Source: the human T2T-CHM13v2.0 reference genome, Homo sapiens
Reading direction: 5' to 3' (one strand)
Assembly (NCBI RefSeq): GCF_009914755.1
Contig: NC_060925.1
DNA: 64,000 nucleotides
Below the pieces are notes generated by a model, which saw only the letters and a list, made by a program, of their open reading frames with translations, had not been told where the DNA came from and ran no database searches. Each line of letters starts with the position of its first letter. The first letter of the stretch is position 1. This document shows, in pieces, positions 51,891 to 64,000 of this stretch. The translations under genes and the position numbers were made by a program.

Positions 51891-52557
51891 GGTCCGCGGT
51901 TCACGCCTCCTGGGAGCCGCACGAACCCCCTCAGCGAGGGACCGGAAGTAACGCTAGGGGAAGGGCGGACAGCGCAGGGGCGAACGGGCGGCGTGCCGAG
52001 GACCGGCGAGCTAACAGCAGCTTCTGGGATGGTGCAACCCTATTCTCCCCCGGCGGATATCTCCCGGGCGGCTGATGGCGCCTTAGGCCACGTGGCCCCG
52101 CCCCGTCCGGGCGACCAATCAGTGGCCAGGATCTCGGGGCAGGCCAATCCGCGGCCGAGCCAGGCCGCGTGCCCGCCTCCTCCGCTCGCGACTGGAGGGC
52201 GGAACTCCGGGCTGGAGTCCCGGAAGCCCCTGTGGCAGCTTGGCGTGAGCTCCAGGCGCCCGCCGGCCCAGGACGCCCGGCCGCCCCCACCCCCCCCCCC
52301 ACCCCAAGGCTGAGGTCGCCGTCCCTAAGCCACCTCGGGCTCAGGGCTGAGGCCTGGCCCAGGCCTGGCTAATATTATTTCTGGCGCTGGCCATCAGATG
52401 CCCCTCAAGGCCCACAGGAATTCTCCAGGTTGCCGATTTGCGGGGATGAACGAGGCCCTCCTGGCGTAGGTTCAGACCAGGTGGCGGCGAGGTTCAGACC
52501 AGGTGGCGGCGAGGCGGCACCAGGGTGGTCAGCCGCGGCTTATTCACTTGAACTTGA

Positions 52558-52983
<426 letters not shown>

Positions 52984-53246
52984 TGATGTTTCCTTTTCTA
53001 TCAGTAGTAAATATAAGGGGCCGCAGGGAACAAATGACAGAAGTAGAGAGGAAGAAGGTGGCGTTCCTAGAGGACTCAGAAGAGCTGAGGACCCTTAGTT
53101 CCCATGGTCTCTCTGCTAGCTTTTCTAGTCCTTTCCGTGTAATGCACACCCCCACTCCCAGGCAAGGGGCTGCTTTCTGTGAACTTCCCTGAGCAAGTCC
53201 CCAGGCCCTCAGTTTGTGCACCCTTTAAAGTGAGGACCAAATATAA

Positions 53247-53469
<223 letters not shown>

Positions 53470-54049
53470 TAGTAGAGACAGGGTTTCTCCATGTTGGTCA
53501 GGCTGATCTTGAACTCCCGACCTGAGGTGATCTGCCTGTCTCAGCCTCCCAAAGTGCTGGGATTACAGGTGTGAGCCACAGCACCTGGCCTCTGTATTTT
53601 TTAAATTCGAAAAGTAATACAGACATATTGAAGAAAGTTTGGAGATAAAAGTAAAAATAAAATCATCCACATCATACTTCCCAAAGATAGTTTCTTACAA
53701 ACATTTTTGGTGTATTTCCTTACACTATCATGTCCTATGCATATCTACTTTCTCCATCATTGGAAATAAATGATGTACATGTAGTTTTGAAATTTCTCTA
53801 GTAGACATGAGCATTTTCCAATGTCACTGAAAAGTTATTTAAGACAGTTTTAATGACTACTTATTATATGTATGTACCTTACTGATTTAACCATTCAAAG
53901 GTCAATGTTAGGTTTATTGATTTATATAATAGATAACTTACTGAGCCAGGTTCTGGGAGTATAGCTATGAACAAAACAGACAAGTTCCTGTCCTCATAAA
54001 ACATCAATTTATTATTATTTCTTATTTTTATTTATTTATTTATTTTTGA

Positions 54050-54335
<286 letters not shown>

Positions 54336-55252
54336 TAAATTTTTGTTCATATTATTGTGATAAAATCTTTGCCTGACTCATTATTTTCTTAACATGACTC
54401 CCAGAAGTGAGATTTGTAAGGTCCAGTGGTTTGGGGCTTTAAGAGCTCCCATAGCTGCCATGTTGCAGCATAGCCTAATGGTTACCAGCGTAAAGCTCTG
54501 AAACCAGAAACCCAGCAGAAACCAAACTGGCTGAAGGAAAAGGGGGGCTTCTGTACAGCGCTTGGGAGAGGCACAGAGGAGCTCACAGACCAGAAGGGGC
54601 ACCTACAGAGAGCAGGACCTCAGGAATGGAACTAGAACACTGCGCTGCCAGCACTTCCCCTCTTCTCTTTGTCTCATTTCTGTTTGCCTGCATTTGGCCT
54701 CCCTTTTGTTGTAGAGGAGTCTTTGTCAGGTAGTGAGGAAGTTGGGGGTTTACCCTCCTTCACAACTTCCTAATGCTGCCTGCTCCTCTGCAGGATACTC
54801 ACCCTCCCCATAGTCCACCAGGGCACTGCAGGGCCCTTTGCTTTTCCTGGCTGTGGTCTGTTGTGGGGAGCTCTGGATCTGACCTGCAATACAGGAGGTT
54901 GTGCTGAAGCTGAATGTGTGTTTTGGAGTGAGGTGTGGGGGACACTTGTGTCTCACTCCTTTCTGACCCCTTACATACACCCATCCCTTACCTGGTTGCC
55001 TTGCGTTGATATCTCCCGTTTCCGCTTCCGGGAGCCAGGGTGAAATGGGAGAACTGCAAAAGCCTAAGAAAGGATGGCCGGGTGCGGTGGCTCACACCTG
55101 TAATCCCAGAACTTTGGGAGGCTGAGGCGAATGGACCACCTGAGGTCAGGAGTTCGAGACCAGCCTGGCCAACATGGTGAAACCCCATCTCTACTAAAAA
55201 TACAAAAAATTAGCCGGATGTGGTGGCGGGCACCTATAATCTCAGCTACTCA

Positions 55253-55549
<297 letters not shown>

Positions 55550-56828
55550 TCATCTCCAAAGTTTAAAGTTTATATATACAAAATCTATTATATTTTATTT
55601 TTTAAAAATATAAGATGGAAATAAAAAAGAGCAAAAGAGAAAAGAAAACAACAAAAAATAAAAACAAAGTAAGAAAACAAAAAAAAACCCAAATATATGT
55701 ATATATAAAATATATATATAAAATAGAGACGGGGTCTCACTATGTTAGTCTAGGTTGATCTTGAACTCTTGACCTCAAGCAATCCTCCCTCCTTGGCCTC
55801 CCAGTGTTAGGATTACAGGCATGAGCCACCGCACCCAGCCTGTTACCTATTTTAAATATAGGTAAGACCATTTTATTCTCTTTTAATGACCTTGCTGACT
55901 CTAACGTCCCATTTCCTTGGTGCTGTGGCCACTGCCTTGGTTTCTAAGGCAGTCACATCTGATGCCTGTGGAGTTCCTCTGAACTGAAGTTGAGGAGAGG
56001 AGAGGGGAAGCCCTTCGTTCCCATCCAGCCACCCTAAAGGACACCCCAGCCTTGCACTGCCATCCTGCCATGGGACATGCTCAGTCCCTGCTGGCACTTG
56101 TCTCCTTGGGCACCCACTATCCTTTTGCTGTCTCGGAGCAGACACGTCCACAAAGCTGCCAGGACTGCCCACCTTCACCCCTCTACTCCCATCCTCTCAT
56201 CCACCAGTCAGGTTCTGCTGTTTGTACCCTTCCTCCCTCTTCACTCCCCTCTGTCCTGCCTGATGGCCCTCTCCAGCTGTCTCAGACAAAATGGATACTG
56301 CTTCACTTCTGTCTACTTCTGCTTCTTCACTATCAGGGCCTCAGGGCCTCCCTCTAAACAGCAGGCCAGTCTCTCCTATCTCTAAACAGCAGGCCAGTCT
56401 CTCCTAAGAACTGAGATGACCTAGGAAATGAGAGAGAAGCCTGTGCTGCTCCCAGATAAACAGATGGCAAGTGCCTTGGCCCTCAATCCTCCCTGTCCTA
56501 GGAGCCTCTCCAAAGAGGCGCATTTTTGAGTGCATTTTTGCATTCTTTTTGTTATTGCATAAATAATCCATGTTTATTTTAGAAAAATTAGAAATGAGAT
56601 CAAATGGAAGGCTGGGTGCAGTGGCTCATTCCTGTAATCCCAGCACTTTGGGAGAACAAGGCAGGCGATCATTTGAAAACAGGAGTTCCAAACCAGCCTA
56701 GCCAACGTGGCAAAACCCTGTCTACTAAAAATACAAAAATTAGCCGGGCATCATGGCCTGCGCTTGTACTCCCAGCTACTCTGGTGGCGGATGCACAAGA
56801 ATCGCTTGAACCCAGGAAGCGGTGGTTA

Positions 56829-57197
<369 letters not shown>

Positions 57198-57380
57198 TTA
57201 GCCGAGTGTGGTGGTTCGTGCCTGTAGGCCCAACTACTCAGGAAGCTGAGGTGGCAGGATCACTTGAGCCTGGGAGGTGGAGGTTACAGTGAGCTAAGAT
57301 CCTGCTACTGCACTCCAGCCTGAGCAAAAGGGTGAGACCCTGTCTCAAAAAAAAAAAGAAAAAGAAAAGAAAGAAAAAAA

Positions 57381-57660
57381 AGCAAACTATCGCAAGAACA
57401 AAAAACCAAACACCGCATGTTCTCACTCATAGGTGGCAATTGAACAATGAGAACACTTGGACACAGGAAGGGGAACATCACACACCAGGGCTTGTTGTGG
57501 GGTAGGGGGAGGGGGGAGGGATAGCATTAGGAGATATACCTAATGTAAATGATGACTTAATGGGTGCAGCACACCAACATGGCACATGTATACATATGTA
57601 ACAAACCTGTACGTTGTGCACAAGTACCCTAGAACTTAAAGTATAATTAAAAAAAAAAGA
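57381..57660 (+). mobile_element. 5'-truncated L1PA 3' end inserted in an Alu A-tail
   Basis: CACCGCATGTTCTCACTCATAGGTGG...G-rich tract...GTACCCTAGAACTTAAAGTATAAT followed by poly(A). Confidence 0.9.
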
Positions 57661-57702
57661 AAGATAAGAAAAACTTTTTTTTTTTTTTGAGACGGAGTCT
57701 AG

Positions 57703-58208
<506 letters not shown>

Positions 58209-58433
58209 TAGCCAGGATGGTCTCCATCTCCTGACCTCGTGATCCACCCACCTCGGCCTCCCAAAGTGCTGGGATTACAGGCGTGAGCCATCGTGCCCAG
58301 CCAAAACCTTGGTTTTTAAAATAAGTATTTACTCATGCTGCATGGAAACAGGTGATATGCAAAAACCAAAATAATTTTGTTTTAGGATGGTGGGATTATG
58401 GGTGGTTTGCAATACATTAAAAATTATCTTTAA

Positions 58434-58607
<174 letters not shown>

Positions 58608-58824
58608 TAATTTTTTGTATTTTTTAAAGTATAGATGATGGGGATGGTCTCACTATGTTGTACAGTTTGGTTTTGAACTCGCAGGCTCAAGCAATCTGCC
58701 TGCCTTGGCCTCCCAAAGCGCTGGCATTACAGGCTTGAGCCACTGCACCTGGCCCTTTATTTCATCTTTTAAGTGAAAAAAAATTGTAATTACATCCTAC
58801 TTCTAATGGGATTTGGCTTACTGT

Positions 58825-59701
58825 CTGTATTAATTTTCTATTGCTGCTGTATTAATTCATCACAAATTTAGCTGCTTAAAATGAAACAACTTTATCTCAC
58901 ATTTTGTAGATTTAAAGTCTGAGTTTGAGGCCATGCTGGGCAATGTAGGGAGACCCCTGTCTTTACAAAAATTGTAAAAATTAGCCAGTATGGTGGTATG
59001 AGCCTGTAGTCCCAGCTACTTGGGGAGAGGGAGGTGGGAGGATCACTTGAGCCTGGGAGATAGAGGCTGCAGTGAGCTATGATCGTGCTTTACTCCAGTC
59101 TGGGTGGCAGTGAGACCCTGTCTTTAAAACAAAACAAAACAAAACAAAACAAAACAAGACAAAAAAACAGTCTGAGTAGCCTCAGCTGGTTTCTCTGCTC
59201 CAGGTCTCATAAAGACAAATCCCCATGTCAGCTGATAATCTGGGCTCTTATCTGGAGGCTCTGGGGGAGGATCCACCTTCAGACTCATTCAAGTGTTGGC
59301 AGAATTCGACTTCCATGTGGGTGTAGATCTGAGGTCCCCTTTCCTTGCTGGCTATCAGCTGGGAGTCAGCCCACCTTTTAGAGGCCACTCACATTCTCTA
59401 GCTCATGGCTTCCCTCATCTTCAGACCAGCAATGGCAGGGCAAGTCCTTCTCATGCTTCAGATCTCTTTGACCTCTCCCTTCTACCTCATCTCTCCTGCC
59501 TCCAGCCAGAGAAAGTTCTCTGCTTTGAAGGGCTCATGTGATTAGATTGGGCACACTCAGATAATCCACGATAATCTCCCTATTTTAAGGTTTGTAACCT
59601 TAATTACATCTGCAGAGTCCTTTTTGCTATGTAACATAACAGTCACAGGTTGCAAGGATTAGGGCCCAGGTGTCTTTGGGGAGAGCGTTCTGTCTACCAC
59701 A
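58825..59701 (-). mobile_element. MLT1-type MaLR LTR with an Alu at 58929-59160
   Basis: TGTATTAATTTTCTATTGCTGCTGT...CCTTAATTACATCTGCAGAGTCC...CTACCACA. Confidence 0.75.
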
Positions 59702-59996
59702 CTGTCTCCCTATCCTAATGAGCACGCCTTACATTTTGAAATGAAGCCAATCTCCTACATTTTTTTTTTTTTTTAGCTCACACTCAGCCTGGTGTGAGCA
59801 GGCCCATCTTTGTCACTGATTGCATGTGACTGCCTGGGAATCCACAGATCTTTTAGAGCCACAGATACATCACTGTGTAACTGGTAGAGTTCTTCAGGTG
59901 GATATTGATATCCTTCTGGTACACAAAGCAACCATATGCCCTGGTATTTACAATACCCCAACTGGAAAATCTTGGCCCTCTTTAGACATTTTTTAG

Positions 59997-60143
<147 letters not shown>

Positions 60144-60391
60144 TAGCTAGGATCACAGGTGTGCACCACCATGCCCAGCTAATTTTTGTATTTTTAGTAG
60201 AGATGGGGTTTCACCATGTTGGCCAGGCTGGTCTAGAACTCCTTGGCCTAGAGCGATCTACCCGCCTCAGCCTCCCAAAGTGCTGGGATTACAGGCATGA
60301 GCCACCACACCCAGCCTATTTTTCTCTTATTATTTAGTTAGTATTAATTAGCTTTGCAGGTAAGAAATAGAGAGTCCTTTATCCCGAAGTA

Positions 60392-62831
<2,440 letters not shown>

Positions 62832-63529
62832 TATAACTTTCTCCATAGACAAGCATAAGGAAACCCAGCTCAATGGGAAAGCTAAATGGAGGGGAATTGC
62901 ATAAGACAGCTCCCAAATGACATTTTAACCTGATGCCTGTGTCATCAGCAGAGCAGCTTATTGGGGACTGGCATAGGAAGAAGTTTATAACCCATTCTGT
63001 GGGATAGAGATTCAACATGCTCGCATTACCTCAGGCTGTTTCTTCATCTAAAAAATAGGATTAATAATACCCACCTTATGGGATAGCTGCAAGAATTAAG
63101 TGACATGTGACAATGCCTAGTCCAGTTCCCTGGTTCATAGTGAATGATAAGAAATGTTAGCTCGCTTACCACACTATTGTCAACCCCCATTGCCCATCAC
63201 CACTATTGTAGGGGTTACAGTGCTTTCTAAAGAGGAGGTAGGCCGGGCACCGTGGCTCACGCCTGTAATCCCAGCACTTTGGGAAACTGAGGCGGGCGGA
63301 TCACTTGAGGTCAGGAGTTCAAGACCAGCCTGGCCAAATAGCAAAACCCCGTCTCTACTAAAAGATGCAAAAATTAGGCTGGGCACAGTGGCTTATGCCT
63401 GTAATCCCAGCATTTTGGGAGGCCAAGGCGGTCGGATCACCTGAAATCAGGAGTTCGAAACCAGCCTGGCCAACATGGTGAAACCCAGTCTCTACTAAAA
63501 AAATACCAAGGGCCGGGCACGGTGGCTCA

Positions 63530-63982
<453 letters not shown>

Positions 63983-64000
63983 TTAGCTGGGCATGGTGGC

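Noticed and set aside
59839-59846. Isolated FOXH1 motif AATCCACA (another near 36905)
   Set aside because: Single 8-mers without a supporting motif cluster are expected by chance

Overview
Human (primate) genomic DNA, recognisable as the 1q42 TMEM63A-LEFTY1-PYCR2 interval. All three genes lie on the minus strand: the 5' part of TMEM63A (two predicted non-coding exons and two coding exons), complete LEFTY1 (4 exons, 366 aa) and complete PYCR2 (7 exons, 320 aa, GC-AG first intron, intronic MIR6741). The rest is Alu-dense, with L1, L2, MIR, LTR and DNA-transposon relics. No prokaryotic-type system (CRISPR etc.) is present. The main structure not explained by the genes is a pair of nested, non-transposon inverted duplications centred near 22.5 kb: A (10973-11935)/A' (33265-33923) and B (17890-19830)/B' (26388-27382). 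A and B flank LEFTY1. B' is an inverted copy of the LEFTY1 FOXH1/SMAD/SOX-OCT upstream element that retains the factor motifs, but no LEFTY gene follows it. Three insertions (AluSp-like, ERVL-type LTR, MER53-like) occur only in the left copies, with empty sites visible in the right copies. All alignments were made by eye, so identity figures and repeat subfamily names are estimates.
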